This document shows positions 18,144 through 27,895 of a stretch of 64,000 nt of DNA, in pieces (position 1 is the first letter of the stretch; each line of letters starts with the position of its first letter). A program made the translations under genes and the position numbers. Source of the DNA: a virus. Where the stretch lies: positions 32,001-96,000 of IMG/VR virus record IMGVR_UViG_3300049020_000031. One strand, 5' to 3'. The notes below the pieces were generated by a model that saw only the letters and a list, made by a program, of their open reading frames with translations, did no database searches and was not told where the DNA came from.

Positions 18144-18153
18144 GATTTTTCCT

Positions 18154-18495
18154 TCAGACGGTTACTTTGATTTCCAGGGTCTTCTTCAGAGGAACTGCTC
18201 GGGCCACATTCAGATTGTGATCCCAGGCATCCACCATTTCAATAACGATGGTGTGCTCTCCAGTCCGACCTTCGCGTTCGATGACTTGACGAACACAGGC
18301 TTGTACCAACTTCTTCAGGCTTTTCACCTTGAAGTGATCAACTCGCCCGATGCGCACTCCATCGGGCAGGATAGTGCTGCATTCACGTGTCTTCCAGAAC
18401 TCAGTCAGACCTGTCATCGTCTCCCAGGAATTGGTGAGATCGTTGAAAGTTTGGAAAGAGTTGATCGTTGCGTCAGAAAACTTTTGAACTTGCAT
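18154..18495 (-). CDS. hypothetical early protein
   Basis: GAGGA RBS; own promoter at 18524-18551. Confidence 0.7.
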   Translation of the reverse strand: MQVQKFSDATINSFQTFNDLTNSWETMTGLTEFWKTRECSTILPDGVRIGRVDHFKVKSLKKLVQACVRQVIEREGRTGEHTIVIEMVDAWDHNLNVARAVPLKKTLEIKVTV

Positions 18496-18523
18496 TTGGT
18501 TATCCTCTAAAGTTGATAACTCA

Positions 18524-18551
18524 ATTATAGTTCATTTGGTGAGCCAGTCAA
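18524..18551 (-). promoter_or_regulatory. sigma70-type promoter with CAAATGAAC motif
   Basis: TTGACT-GGCTCACCAAATGAAC-TATAAT. Confidence 0.75.
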
Positions 18552-18558
18552 GTGAATT

Positions 18559-18726
18559 TCACTTATTTTGTTCCAGTGCTGCCTTGATTCGCTCAGCCAG
18601 AAGTTCTCGATTCTTAGAACGAGTCGTGACGTATCCTGCACGAATGCAATCATCCGCGTAATCGTCGGCCGTGCGAACCAAATAGTCGATGATTTGGTCC
18701 TGAGTCATATCGGAAAAGTCTTCCAT
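18559..18726 (-). CDS. small hypothetical protein
   Basis: start refined to MEDFSD after GAGGGA. Confidence 0.5.
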   Translation of the reverse strand: MEDFSDMTQDQIIDYLVRTADDYADDCIRAGYVTTRSKNRELLAERIKAALEQNK

Positions 18727-18774
18727 GATTGTTCCCTCAATGAATGAGACCCCGAAGGGTCTCATGTTTGCTAA

Positions 18775-19302
18775 TTACCAGCCCTTGCCGTTGGTGCGGC
18801 TTACTTCCAGACCGTCAACACGGATAGTCTGGATGCTGTCGCACTTGAATGTACGGATGATCACCTTGTTTTCCAGACCACCTTGCGATTCTTCCTTGAC
18901 AGCAGCTGGTTCCAGACCTTCGATTTCAGCAGCATCAACTTCCTTGCCGTCCAGCAGGAATACGGTTTCCTTGGGAGCCTTCAGGAAGATCACTTCCAGA
19001 TACGTTTCGCCCTTGTGCTCGATGAACGGAGTTCCGGTAATACGGGTACCCCAAGCACGTTCACCAAGGGTAAAGGAAGCTGGATCCTTACCTTCAGCCT
19101 TCAGACGACGCTCAACCATGTTTTCGTAAGCGTTGCTATTCTTGTTTTGGAACACCATAACACTTGCACCCTTGCTGATCTTGGTCACTCGACCTTGATG
19201 TGGGTTCTTCTTGCCACCCTTCAGGACTGGCACAGTTTCCGTGTCGATGGAGATGAACGATGCGCCGTTGACGTCAGCCAGGAGTTTTTGCAGCTTGTTC
19301 AT
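18775..19302 (-). CDS. hypothetical early protein
   Basis: strong RBS and promoter; strongly biased codon usage. Confidence 0.8.
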   Translation of the reverse strand: MNKLQKLLADVNGASFISIDTETVPVLKGGKKNPHQGRVTKISKGASVMVFQNKNSNAYENMVERRLKAEGKDPASFTLGERAWGTRITGTPFIEHKGETYLEVIFLKAPKETVFLLDGKEVDAAEIEGLEPAAVKEESQGGLENKVIIRTFKCDSIQTIRVDGLEVSRTNGKGW

Positions 19303-19336
19303 TTTGTTTCCTTCAGTTGTTTGTTGCGATGTATGT

Positions 19337-19364
19337 ATTATAGTTCATTTGGCTAAAATGTCAA
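19337..19364 (-). promoter_or_regulatory. sigma70-type promoter with CAAATGAAC motif
   Basis: TTGACA-TTTTAGCCAAATGAAC-TATAAT. Confidence 0.8.
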
Positions 19365-19760
19365 CTGTTCCTTGGATTCATCTTGTGACGGATAGCGGGC
19401 ATATCCAAGGTTGCATTCATCCCAAGTCAACTTGGACAACGCGATGTCTTGATTTCGTTTGAAGAGGATCGAACACCCATCCGACCAACCAAGATAAACG
19501 AGCATCTGAATATCGTTCAGAAACACCCACTCTAGGTATTCCTCCCCAGGCATGAGAAGATTATGAATCTCACTCAGTGTTAATGTGATGCCGTATTCTT
19601 TCAACCTCTTGTGAAATTTCGGATTGTTGGGGATGGGTTGGCACAGGTTAGGTCTCATGAAACATCCCCAACTCCCTGGATAACTTTGCGGATCGCCTTT
19701 GGTAAACAGGATATCCGGATCGTCTATTACCATCTGGGTGTAGGGCCCAATTACAGTCAT
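19353..19760 (-). CDS. FKL-motif family protein
   Basis: LFKRNQDIALSKLTW. Confidence 0.55.
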   Translation of the reverse strand: MTVIGPYTQMVIDDPDILFTKGDPQSYPGSWGCFMRPNLCQPIPNNPKFHKRLKEYGITLTLSEIHNLLMPGEEYLEWVFLNDIQMLVYLGWSDGCSILFKRNQDIALSKLTWDECNLGYARYPSQDESKEQLTF

Positions 19761-19978
19761 GTCCAAGTTCTCGCGATGTCGACCAATCGATCTTCTTCCC
19801 CTAGGTAGAACTTACCATAGAAGTGAGGTTCTCCACCATATTGAGGAACTTCGTAGAGTTCGTAACCATCAGATATTCGATGAACTTCTCCACCGCCTTC
19901 TTCTGACCAGAAAACAGTCGTGGTTTCACCAAACAACAAATCCTTGACTGCTTGGATATCTTGATCTCGAGTTCTCAC
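19757..19978 (-). CDS. hypothetical protein
   Basis: GTG start with AAGGA RBS. Confidence 0.6.
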   Translation of the reverse strand: MRTRDQDIQAVKDLLFGETTTVFWSEEGGGEVHRISDGYELYEVPQYGGEPHFYGKFYLGEEDRLVDIARTWT

Positions 19979-19986
19979 GGTAGTCC

Positions 19987-20373
19987 TTAGATTACGATAA
20001 ATTTCTTGCGGTTCTTGATTTGTTTGTGCATTTCAAGAAGTTGCAAGTGAGATTCAACGGCCTTCTTATAGGCCAGATAGAGATCACCACCCAATTCATT
20101 CTTTTCAGAATCACTGAGTTGGTTCCAGTGGTGATGGAAGTTCACCACATAGTCATTGGTGTTCTCCAGATGCTTCTCATAGTCTACCAAGTTTTCGTCA
20201 GTAACTTCTTGGAGAACCCCGTTGACCATTGCGAGATTCTTCACCACTGGTTTGGCTGTGGACGGGATGATGGTAAACACGCCATCGATTTCTCGAGCCA
20301 TGTTGACGCCTGGATTCTCTTCATGGAGCTCCATGATAGAATGGGCATATTGTTGACCTTGAATGAATGGCAT
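19987..20373 (-). CDS. hypothetical protein
   Basis: follows the promoter at 20401-20428. Confidence 0.6.
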   Translation of the reverse strand: MPFIQGQQYAHSIMELHEENPGVNMAREIDGVFTIIPSTAKPVVKNLAMVNGVLQEVTDENLVDYEKHLENTNDYVVNFHHHWNQLSDSEKNELGGDLYLAYKKAVESHLQLLEMHKQIKNRKKFIVI

Positions 20374-20400
20374 GTGGTATCCGTTATCGTTGTTGATGCC

Positions 20401-20428
20401 AGTCTAGTTCATTTGACGATAAAGTCAA
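20401..20428 (-). promoter_or_regulatory. sigma70-type promoter with CAAATGAAC motif
   Basis: TTGACT-TTATCGTCAAATGAAC-TAGACT. Confidence 0.65.
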
Positions 20429-20973
20429 GGTCTCCAGTTCATCTTGGCAACTTTTCTAAAATCTGGTTGGTCTTTTATCGCAACCAAGAAGTCTGCGAGG
20501 TTCAAAAGCTCGTCATCATCCAAATCACCCAACCATTCCGTGATGGGGATATAGTTGTTGATGATGTTCTGGTAGTTCTGCTGGTAGTCATCCACTGCCA
20601 TGATTCTTGACATTGGATATTTGGCACCATATTGTGATGCCTCGATAAGTCTGCCCTCTTTGATTCTTCTCACGGATGAGCTGAATGCATACGGCGTACT
20701 ATCTACAGTTTCGGTCGTGTGGGAACGGTCCCACAGGAAGACCAATTTAGACCTGAGGTCCAGGTCGATCTCACGCTTAATCGTTGCCAAACCCTCTTCT
20801 GCCCAATCCAGGGTAGCTGCCGTCCATACCGCAAGATCGTACCATGGGCTGACCGTATCAATGAAATGCCGAAGATGAGGACGAAGATAGAATACGTTGG
20901 AATAATTGTCATCAGAGACAATGCCATACCACAACGTTTCGTCCAGATCCAAAATCAGAAGAGGCTTGTTCAT
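20425..20973 (-). CDS. HAD-family phosphatase, FCP1/NIF-like
   Basis: LILDLDETL, LRPHL, VWTAA, AVDD. Confidence 0.85.
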   Translation of the reverse strand: MNKPLLILDLDETLWYGIVSDDNYSNVFYLRPHLRHFIDTVSPWYDLAVWTAATLDWAEEGLATIKREIDLDLRSKLVFLWDRSHTTETVDSTPYAFSSSVRRIKEGRLIEASQYGAKYPMSRIMAVDDYQQNYQNIINNYIPITEWLGDLDDDELLNLADFLVAIKDQPDFRKVAKMNWRP

Positions 20974-21279
20974 TTAAGGTTCAACAGCGATGCATTTTCC
21001 ATAGATTGAATTTAAACCTGTCCAGCCGTTTGTCCCACCTCGATTGTTACCAATGAGAAAACGGTTATCTTGCTTGGCTTGAATCAAATGCAAATATTGA
21101 TTACCACGAACCTTGCAAAGGACGATGTCACCTGGTTCCAGTGTAACGTCTTCTGTGATTGGTACGACGGTGCAGAGATCGCCAGATTCTACCCGTCCTT
21201 TCATGGAACTTCCACGTGGTCGAAACTTTACTGTCTGACCAGCCAGTAGATCCCTGATGTAGTAAGTAGCCCAACTCAT
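20974..21279 (-). CDS. peptidase S24/S26-like protein
   Basis: RGSSMKG...GDIVLCKV...YLHLI. Confidence 0.6.
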   Translation of the reverse strand: MSWATYYIRDLLAGQTVKFRPRGSSMKGRVESGDLCTVVPITEDVTLEPGDIVLCKVRGNQYLHLIQAKQDNRFLIGNNRGGTNGWTGLNSIYGKCIAVEP

Positions 21280-22109
21280 GGGTTTGCTTCCTCGAGTGCC
21301 ATTACCAACTTCTGAAGGTCTGCGGCGTAGAAACCAGAACTATTGATGGTGTTGACCTCTACGATCTTCCAACCCTCTGAGGTTTCACAAACATCTAGAC
21401 AGAATGCATCGTGGGGGACCCATACATCTTTGATGATTGACCATGCGAAATTTCTAGCCCTATCACCCAACAACCCATCCATGTTTTCATAGACGACGCG
21501 ATTGCCTCGTTTGTACAAAGACATGGTGATCAATTCGCGACTAACAACCCAGCAACGGTATTCCGTGTAAATTTCCTTGGGCTTGGCGATTTGAATCAAG
21601 GTTTCTGGTGTCAAACTGTTGCCGTAGTCAAGACCAAGAACACAAACGTTCGTTTGCCATTCCTTGAATTCGCCAGCATCAATCAACTTACCAGCAAAAT
21701 ATTTGGAGTCGTTCGTGGGGCGAATAAATCTCTCACCGCCACTCCATTGTGCATCTCGAAATGACATCACAACAGAGTCAGCATTCAGCATCAGGTTTCC
21801 CCAATGTTTGAAGCAGTTGTCAAAGTCGCCAACCTCCATGAGGTCATAGACGCCAGGAGTCCAATCATATTTCTTAGCGGAATGGCGCATGGAATATGAA
21901 CCCATACATATCACCGGACCAGCCAACTCCTTGAACATTGGGTTCTCGTAGTTCTCCACGTCATCAATCACTTCACCAACTGGCAGAAGATTTCCGATAA
22001 ACGGGACTACCTTGTGTTCGCTGTGAGGGATATCAAAACGGCGCAAGACTGCAAGCAAATTTTCAAATGCCTGCTCCTTGAAAATATTGTTCTGTAGAAT
22101 CCAGTGCAT
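21276..22109 (-). CDS. ATP-grasp domain protein (DUF4343/R2K-like)
   Basis: FIRP...KYFAG, EYRCWV, FCLDV, IVEVNTINSSGFY. Confidence 0.8.
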   Translation of the reverse strand: MHWILQNNIFKEQAFENLLAVLRRFDIPHSEHKVVPFIGNLLPVGEVIDDVENYENPMFKELAGPVICMGSYSMRHSAKKYDWTPGVYDLMEVGDFDNCFKHWGNLMLNADSVVMSFRDAQWSGGERFIRPTNDSKYFAGKLIDAGEFKEWQTNVCVLGLDYGNSLTPETLIQIAKPKEIYTEYRCWVVSRELITMSLYKRGNRVVYENMDGLLGDRARNFAWSIIKDVWVPHDAFCLDVCETSEGWKIVEVNTINSSGFYAADLQKLVMALEEANP

Positions 22110-22110
22110 A

Positions 22111-22335
22111 TCAGTACCAAGCCACGCAGCGCACGTCACCAGGCTTCACCGTATCCTGATATACAACTTGAGTGGAGCCATCAGTGTACTTAATGATGGC
22201 ATTTCGATATTCAACAGACAATATCGAAACAACCGTCTTCTCTAGAGCACACTTTTTGGCCGGCATCGTCCCGACGACAAAAAATACCATAAGGGACAAT
22301 AACAATGGTACACCAAGAGCAATCCACAATCTCAT
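22111..22335 (-). CDS. small membrane-anchored protein
   Basis: N-terminal TM segment. Confidence 0.55.
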   Translation of the reverse strand: MRLWIALGVPLLLSLMVFFVVGTMPAKKCALEKTVVSILSVEYRNAIIKYTDGSTQVVYQDTVKPGDVRCVAWY

Positions 22336-22682
22336 TGGAAAATTTCCTTCCTAATATCGGGCCACAGTTCATCAGCTTGTTTCAGATATTCCTCGTAGAC
22401 CAATCCGTGAACTGCGGCAGTCATAGTCTCAAAGGACAGTTTGTAGACAGGCAAATTATCAACAGTCACTTGGGTTTTTGTGAGCTTGATCATTTGCAGA
22501 TCATCAAGTTGTGAACCCAAGATCATTTGATCAATGCCCAAATCTGGGAAGCGGGAATCGTCATCCCATTCAAATACCTTGCCAGAATGGCTTACTTGAC
22601 CATTGACAATTGGCAACAACGCATATGCGAACTTTCGATCCACTGGATTAATCCGGATGACGGCTACATTGATGACTTGCAT
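22332..22682 (-). CDS. hypothetical protein
   Basis: GAGGA RBS. Confidence 0.6.
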   Translation of the reverse strand: MQVINVAVIRINPVDRKFAYALLPIVNGQVSHSGKVFEWDDDSRFPDLGIDQMILGSQLDDLQMIKLTKTQVTVDNLPVYKLSFETMTAAVHGLVYEEYLKQADELWPDIRKEIFQ

Positions 22683-22712
22683 TTTATTCCTCTTTTATTC
22701 TTGATATGGAAA

Positions 22713-23747
22713 TCAGACGTCGCTGACCTTCAATTTATTTACCGTCATGGGGCCGCGCTGCCAATGATGGGCTGATGGTTGAACGTGATCTTTTCTCACA
22801 AACTTGGCAACACTTCCGCGAAATTGAGAATAAGCAAATTCATCAGCCAATCGAACCACATAACCTTCACAAGTTTTGGAACTCTTGGTTTTCCACAGTG
22901 CTCTGATTGCCTTTTCATCCCAGATACCATCGTACCACACGGGCACTTGTTCAATATCAAGAAGTTGGAAGAATTGAACAGTGGTATCCCAATCCAAGCA
23001 AACGTTCCGTTCATTCCAAATGCTGTAGCCCATAACGTATGAATTCAGGGAATCATACTCAATGGAATGTTTGGCGTACAGGTTTTCCAAACAGATTCGC
23101 CAATATTCCGGAATATCACCACATCGTTTCGCCCACTCGGCCTTCATCCAGTTTCTGGAGGGGTGATTCTTGCTGTCAACGCTTCGGGCATGGCAATAGT
23201 CCTGATACCATGTGGTATTTTCACCATCCATCTTCTCGGTGACTATGACTCTTCGACCTTCGAACTGACTCACGGATTCAATCATACGATCATCCGATGT
23301 CATGTTTTCCGACCATGGGAGATGGTAAGTTCTTGGATATTTGACGTGATGGGTGAAGTCTTTCAGGAATCCACCAGAATTCAGAATCTTCTGAACCGAC
23401 TCATCAAAGAACAGATCACCCTTGAGCCTTTGACCATTTGGCATGACTGGGTTTCCCCACTTGTCATATTCTTGGTCTGGGTATAGGTGTGGGGGAATTG
23501 GAAACTTGGTGATGCCACAGGCGTCACGAACTTGACTCAACGAAATCGTGGTCTGTTCACAGAGGATGTGATGTTCTTCACAAACTGATGCACCGTTCTC
23601 CAGATAGTAACCACCGTCTGGCCACAGTTTTCGTTCCATTATGTGATGGGCATCCTTTGCGTCTTTGTCACAGAAGACGCATTTGTGATTGTCGCGAGAG
23701 AAAACACCTTCTCTGAAGTCGTCGCGTGATAAGAGTTTGAATGCCAT
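22713..23747 (-). CDS. HNH domain fused to an ATP-dependent RNA ligase
   Basis: N-terminal CVFC...DAHHI...NGASVC...HH; ligase KYPRTYHLP, TEKMDGEN, EGYVVR, AKFVR. Confidence 0.85.
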   Translation of the reverse strand: MAFKLLSRDDFREGVFSRDNHKCVFCDKDAKDAHHIMERKLWPDGGYYLENGASVCEEHHILCEQTTISLSQVRDACGITKFPIPPHLYPDQEYDKWGNPVMPNGQRLKGDLFFDESVQKILNSGGFLKDFTHHVKYPRTYHLPWSENMTSDDRMIESVSQFEGRRVIVTEKMDGENTTWYQDYCHARSVDSKNHPSRNWMKAEWAKRCGDIPEYWRICLENLYAKHSIEYDSLNSYVMGYSIWNERNVCLDWDTTVQFFQLLDIEQVPVWYDGIWDEKAIRALWKTKSSKTCEGYVVRLADEFAYSQFRGSVAKFVRKDHVQPSAHHWQRGPMTVNKLKVSDV

Positions 23748-23808
23748 AATATCGCGAGTATACGCTATATGGCATATTACTCAAGTGACTTTTCTCTCCC
23801 AGATACCG

Positions 23809-24021
23809 TCAGTCTCTCGCAGCTGGTATGACGTCACCCAACGCTTGCCTGGCTTGCAACCATGGGCAATCATGATCGTGATCTGTCAGGTACCGATAGG
23901 CGTTTGAATATCGCCTACCGGGTTCCCCACCACCACACCATACACACCCACCTTGTTCGTCCTGATTGATGGGTGAATACGGTGCGAGTGCTTCCAGAAG
24001 AAGCCGGGTTTCTTCATTCAT
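23809..24021 (-). CDS. small Zn-binding protein
   Basis: CVWC...HxxxC. Confidence 0.5.
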   Translation of the reverse strand: MNEETRLLLEALAPYSPINQDEQGGCVWCGGGEPGRRYSNAYRYLTDHDHDCPWLQARQALGDVIPAARD

Positions 24022-24890
24022 GGTGCTGATTGCAATTGTTGATCATCAGCTACTGCACCATCGTCGAATGGAATTGCCGAATAGATGTTGGTGATCATGT
24101 CGTTGAACAGAATATTGCTCTTCTGTGAGCCATCATCAGTAATTACCTGACCGGAGAAGGTCACGACGTCACCGTAGATCTTGTCGACCCAGATTTCGTC
24201 CACCGAATCACGTGAACCGTAAAGCGTGGTGCCTTTCCACTGAACAGCAACAACAATCTTCTTGCCGTTGATATCCAGAGTCAGCATGGCGTTTGGAACG
24301 TAGTTTGCTTCCAGATCATCCTTGTTCGCCAAGATGTTATCAATGGTCTGCGAACCATCCTGATATGTCTTCACGCGCACGTCAGTGACTGCCATGCCGT
24401 CTTCACCCACTTCTTTGCGTGGGCTAAAGGAGTCTTCGCTGACTTCACCCTTCTTGCGCAGCTCGTCCATCATCTTCTTGATTTCAAGATCCTTGGCTTT
24501 TTCTTCGTCAGTACGCTTGTCGTACTTGTCGTCATCACCCAAGTTGTAAATCTCGGCGATGGTTCTCATGTCGTTGATGTCATATGGATCTGGGGTGTCC
24601 CAGTTCACCATGTCAGTGTGGCGATCTGCTGCGCGGCTGTAAGTGCCAACCAGGAGATCGTGCTTCTTGACAAATGCTTCTTGATCCGCCGCGGTGGCGT
24701 GATCAAAAACATACACGGTGGTTTTGAACAGTTCGAAGTCTGGGTCACACAGGTGATCCATGATTTCTGTTTCACGCGAAGATGTGAAATGTTCAGTACC
24801 CACATTCAGATACCATGATTCGAACGTTGCTCGATTCTGGGCTGCGGCAACCACAGTTACCAGTGGGGATGGAAGGTGAGCGTAAATCAT
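24018..24890 (-). CDS. hypothetical protein
   Basis: start refined to MIYAHL after GGAG. Confidence 0.7.
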   Translation of the reverse strand: MIYAHLPSPLVTVVAAAQNRATFESWYLNVGTEHFTSSRETEIMDHLCDPDFELFKTTVYVFDHATAADQEAFVKKHDLLVGTYSRAADRHTDMVNWDTPDPYDINDMRTIAEIYNLGDDDKYDKRTDEEKAKDLEIKKMMDELRKKGEVSEDSFSPRKEVGEDGMAVTDVRVKTYQDGSQTIDNILANKDDLEANYVPNAMLTLDINGKKIVVAVQWKGTTLYGSRDSVDEIWVDKIYGDVVTFSGQVITDDGSQKSNILFNDMITNIYSAIPFDDGAVADDQQLQSAP

Positions 24891-24941
24891 TGAAACTCCA
24901 GTTGAACAGATTGTGCCATTATACACAATCGTGCCAAAGTT

Positions 24942-25202
24942 TCACGACCTCGTTTGAGACAATTGACGGAAGACTTCAGCATCAATGCTGTCGCTCATTT
25001 CTTTGTGAAACTTGTTCATGGTCTCCTGAAGCATCTTATCACGCTGCTCCTTGTCATAGGCCTTGATAGCATTAGACAAGATCAAATACGCTTTTTCATT
25101 TTCAGGATTGTTATCAAGTGATGTTCGGAGATCTGTAGACAACTGACGAACTTGTTTACTAACGTCATCTGTCCAATATTTAATTTGAGGAATCTTAATC
25201 AT
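24942..25202 (-). CDS. hypothetical protein
   Basis: overlapping operon ORF. Confidence 0.5.
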   Translation of the reverse strand: MIKIPQIKYWTDDVSKQVRQLSTDLRTSLDNNPENEKAYLILSNAIKAYDKEQRDKMLQETMNKFHKEMSDSIDAEVFRQLSQTRS

Positions 25203-25602
25203 CTAATGGGCCTACCTGGGTGGAAATATAGAACGGGTTTGGTGAATTCACCATATTCAAAACGTTCATATAGTAACTTCCAGGTTGAGCATCTATCAAA
25301 TAGCTCTTCGTCATTGGATTCAATATGGGTTCAGTCGTCGATGCAATCACGATTTCAAAGGTCGCGACTCGATTCAAATGCCAATATGATTCAACGGGTT
25401 CCAGGGTGATACTTTCACCACCAGGATACTTACTGATCCAACACCGCAGACTGAAATCTTGAGTGGGGTTCATTCGGACCATCCTGAATCGAATGGTCTC
25501 ATCTTCAGGTAAAACAAATTGCCCACAAGCAAGGCAACCCTCCAGAAGAGGGTTGTTTCCTTCAATCAGGGGGTTGAAATAGGAGATAGGATATGCAGCC
25601 AT
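25195..25602 (-). CDS. hypothetical protein
   Basis: operon ORF downstream of the hydrolase. Confidence 0.6.
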   Translation of the reverse strand: MAAYPISYFNPLIEGNNPLLEGCLACGQFVLPEDETIRFRMVRMNPTQDFSLRCWISKYPGGESITLEPVESYWHLNRVATFEIVIASTTEPILNPMTKSYLIDAQPGSYYMNVLNMVNSPNPFYISTQVGPLDD

Positions 25603-25609
25603 CAGCTAC

Positions 25610-26224
25610 TTATCTTCTCAGCTTGAGAAAGGTGTGATTGCCTACCTTTGATATATGAATCATCGTTCCGTTGTTAGACCACGCAGGTGTGACCTGACGA
25701 TGACTATAAAAGTGAGTCGCGCCCTTGGCAACTCCGGAGAAGTTGTTGTGATAAACGATGATTGCCGCCATGATACTCTGATACCATTCCACGTGATTGG
25801 CGGTACCTTCCTTGACCTTGGGGGCTTGTACTCCGCGGGTGCACACCCAAGAGAATTGACACACCTTGGTACCAGAACGAACTGACGACTGTTTGACAAC
25901 TTCACATGGTGTGTTGGGATAAGCTGGGTGTGACGAACGATTCACAACCACTTCACTTACTGCAATCTTACCCTGAAGGCCTTCTCCCCTGGCTTCATAG
26001 TAGTTGTTGACTGCTAGACACAGCAAGTCTTGATTTGTTGCTTTCATATTTTCAACAAATTCTTCATCTAATTGAATCTCATTTACCAATTGAGCAATTT
26101 GTTCTTTAGTTGATAATGGTTTCCCATTTTCAACTTCCTGGGCATACACGCCAGTTCCTAGAAAGATCATAGCAACCATAAGAAATGGTGTTATCATCTT
26201 CAACAATATGTTGTATTGTTTCAT
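25610..26224 (-). CDS. SleB-like cell wall hydrolase (Hydrolase_2) with signal peptide
   Basis: CLAVNNYYEARGE...AVSEVVVNR...YP...C.VV.Q...CQFSW...GATHFY...W...GNHTF. Confidence 0.9.
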   Translation of the reverse strand: MKQYNILLKMITPFLMVAMIFLGTGVYAQEVENGKPLSTKEQIAQLVNEIQLDEEFVENMKATNQDLLCLAVNNYYEARGEGLQGKIAVSEVVVNRSSHPAYPNTPCEVVKQSSVRSGTKVCQFSWVCTRGVQAPKVKEGTANHVEWYQSIMAAIIVYHNNFSGVAKGATHFYSHRQVTPAWSNNGTMIHISKVGNHTFLKLRR

Positions 26225-26360
26225 GTTTTCGATCCTCAAAAAAATATGATCTGCTCACCTCAACGAAGTGGCAGATCGAACGTTTATTTAAGAGGGTTAG
26301 ATGAACAGTAAAACCGCTCTTTAACCACGATAAATATTCGAATAACCATTTTAACACCAT

Positions 26361-26939
26361 ATGCCAAAGATCAAAACTTTCAGTAATCTTTTCAAGATCG
26401 CATTTATTACGGCAGCATTATCTGCTTCTTTCGCCCACGCAAATACATTCAAGGCATCTGGATCTTGTGAAGTATATTTCAGCCCCAAGGGAGGCGCTAC
26501 TCAAGCAACAGTTGGCCACATCAACAGAGCAAAGAGTGAAATCAAGGTATTGGCTTTTTACTTCACGTCAAAACCAATTGCACAAGCGATTGAATACGCC
26601 CGCTCCAAGGGAGTAAATGTTCGCATCGTATTGGATCGTAGTCAACCAACTGCTAAGGGTAATCGCATCAAGGAACTACAGGATAGTGGTGCGGAAGTAC
26701 GCATCGATTCCACTCATCCAATCATGCACAACAAAGTCATCATCATTGATAACGAAATTGTGATTACCGGATCATTCAACTTCTCAGCTACTGCTGAAAC
26801 CAGAAACGCAGAAAACCTGCTCATCTGTAAGAACAAAGAGCAGGCAGCATTGTACAGTGAGAACTGGAATTACCTATGGGGTATCGCTCGTGATCCCAAG
26901 GATGCACCTGCTCCATTGAAGCGAACGAGCAGTGAATAA
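26361..26939 (+). CDS. phospholipase D-family (Nuc-like) nuclease with signal peptide
   Basis: VYFSP, MHNKVIIID, ITGSFNFS, NAEN; AHA signal cleavage site. Confidence 0.88.
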   Translation: MPKIKTFSNLFKIAFITAALSASFAHANTFKASGSCEVYFSPKGGATQATVGHINRAKSEIKVLAFYFTSKPIAQAIEYARSKGVNVRIVLDRSQPTAKGNRIKELQDSGAEVRIDSTHPIMHNKVIIIDNEIVITGSFNFSATAETRNAENLLICKNKEQAALYSENWNYLWGIARDPKDAPAPLKRTSSE

Positions 26940-26965
26940 AAAGGGGAGCAGTTGCTCCCCTTTTT
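26938..26965. terminator. GGGGAGC hairpin, copy 2
   Basis: AAAAAGGGGAGC-AGTT-GCTCCCCTTTTT. Confidence 0.8.
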
Positions 26966-26970
26966 CAATG

Positions 26971-27600
26971 TCAACAACTTCTACTGATTGATGCTGGTAT
27001 CAATGAGTGAAAACGTTTCAACATGCTAATCATCTGATCTTTATCCCACACGTGAACGTAGTAATATGGACCAAATTCTGGTTCGTCATCACTTGACTGT
27101 GAGAAACCCTTGGTATCATCAACATCAGTGAAATGCGCGGAGAGATCACCAGCACGGTGAAGGCGTAACTCCCACACACGCTTTCGTCTACCGATCACCA
27201 ACCGATATCCTGAATCAGAACGGGCAGCATCATTCAACATAATTGTGATGCGCTGCCAAGGGGTACTGTGTGGATATCTCGGTGGAACCTCTTCCATTTT
27301 GAATAGGAAGCCAGCTTCAATACAAGCATTGCTGATGTCTCGGTATGCGTTCATCTTCATGACGCCTTCGTGACACGACCGATGCATGACTCGATCATCA
27401 ACATGGGTTTGATTTAGCAATTCATCTGTGGTGTTTCCCCAGCCCTTACCACAGATGTAACACTCACAGGATCGTACATCCGCAATCATCCTCATGGTAG
27501 TGTAGCCATGAGGATCAGGTAGGGTAACTGACATCAATTGATTATAGGTGTCAAACCCCGTTCGGCCATCAGGGGTGATGGGCTTAACGATTTGATTCAT
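26971..27600 (-). CDS. hypothetical protein with CxxC...HxxC
   Basis: CYICG...HRSC. Confidence 0.6.
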   Translation of the reverse strand: MNQIVKPITPDGRTGFDTYNQLMSVTLPDPHGYTTMRMIADVRSCECYICGKGWGNTTDELLNQTHVDDRVMHRSCHEGVMKMNAYRDISNACIEAGFLFKMEEVPPRYPHSTPWQRITIMLNDAARSDSGYRLVIGRRKRVWELRLHRAGDLSAHFTDVDDTKGFSQSSDDEPEFGPYYYVHVWDKDQMISMLKRFHSLIPASISRSC

Positions 27601-27612
27601 TGATTCTCCCAG

Positions 27613-27885
27613 TTAGTGATAGACGCGGGGGATGCCCATCGCCTCTTGTAGAATCAAAGTGTCCCAGTATTTCTGGTGGGGATCAGTTTCTTCTTCTGAA
27701 CTCATACGCATCATCAATGCAGTAAGTTCCGGGTCGTCCACAATATCAAGATCATCCCACTCCAGATTGGGGTCTTGATATTGCTTCCGGATGTGGTCCA
27801 AGAGGACTGCCTGATTTTCCTCAGTCACCGATGACATTCCACCACTGATGACAACTTTGAGTTTTTCGGATTTTTGATCAGGCAT
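27613..27885 (-). CDS. hypothetical protein
   Basis: ORF with RBS. Confidence 0.55.
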   Translation of the reverse strand: MPDQKSEKLKVVISGGMSSVTEENQAVLLDHIRKQYQDPNLEWDDLDIVDDPELTALMMRMSSEEETDPHQKYWDTLILQEAMGIPRVYH

Positions 27886-27895
27886 TACCAGTCCT

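Noticed and set aside
10067-20610. Long antisense ORFs (e.g. 10067-10663, 12847-13461, 18883-19356, 20020-20610)
   Set aside because: They shadow well-supported genes on the opposite strand and show no recognisable motifs
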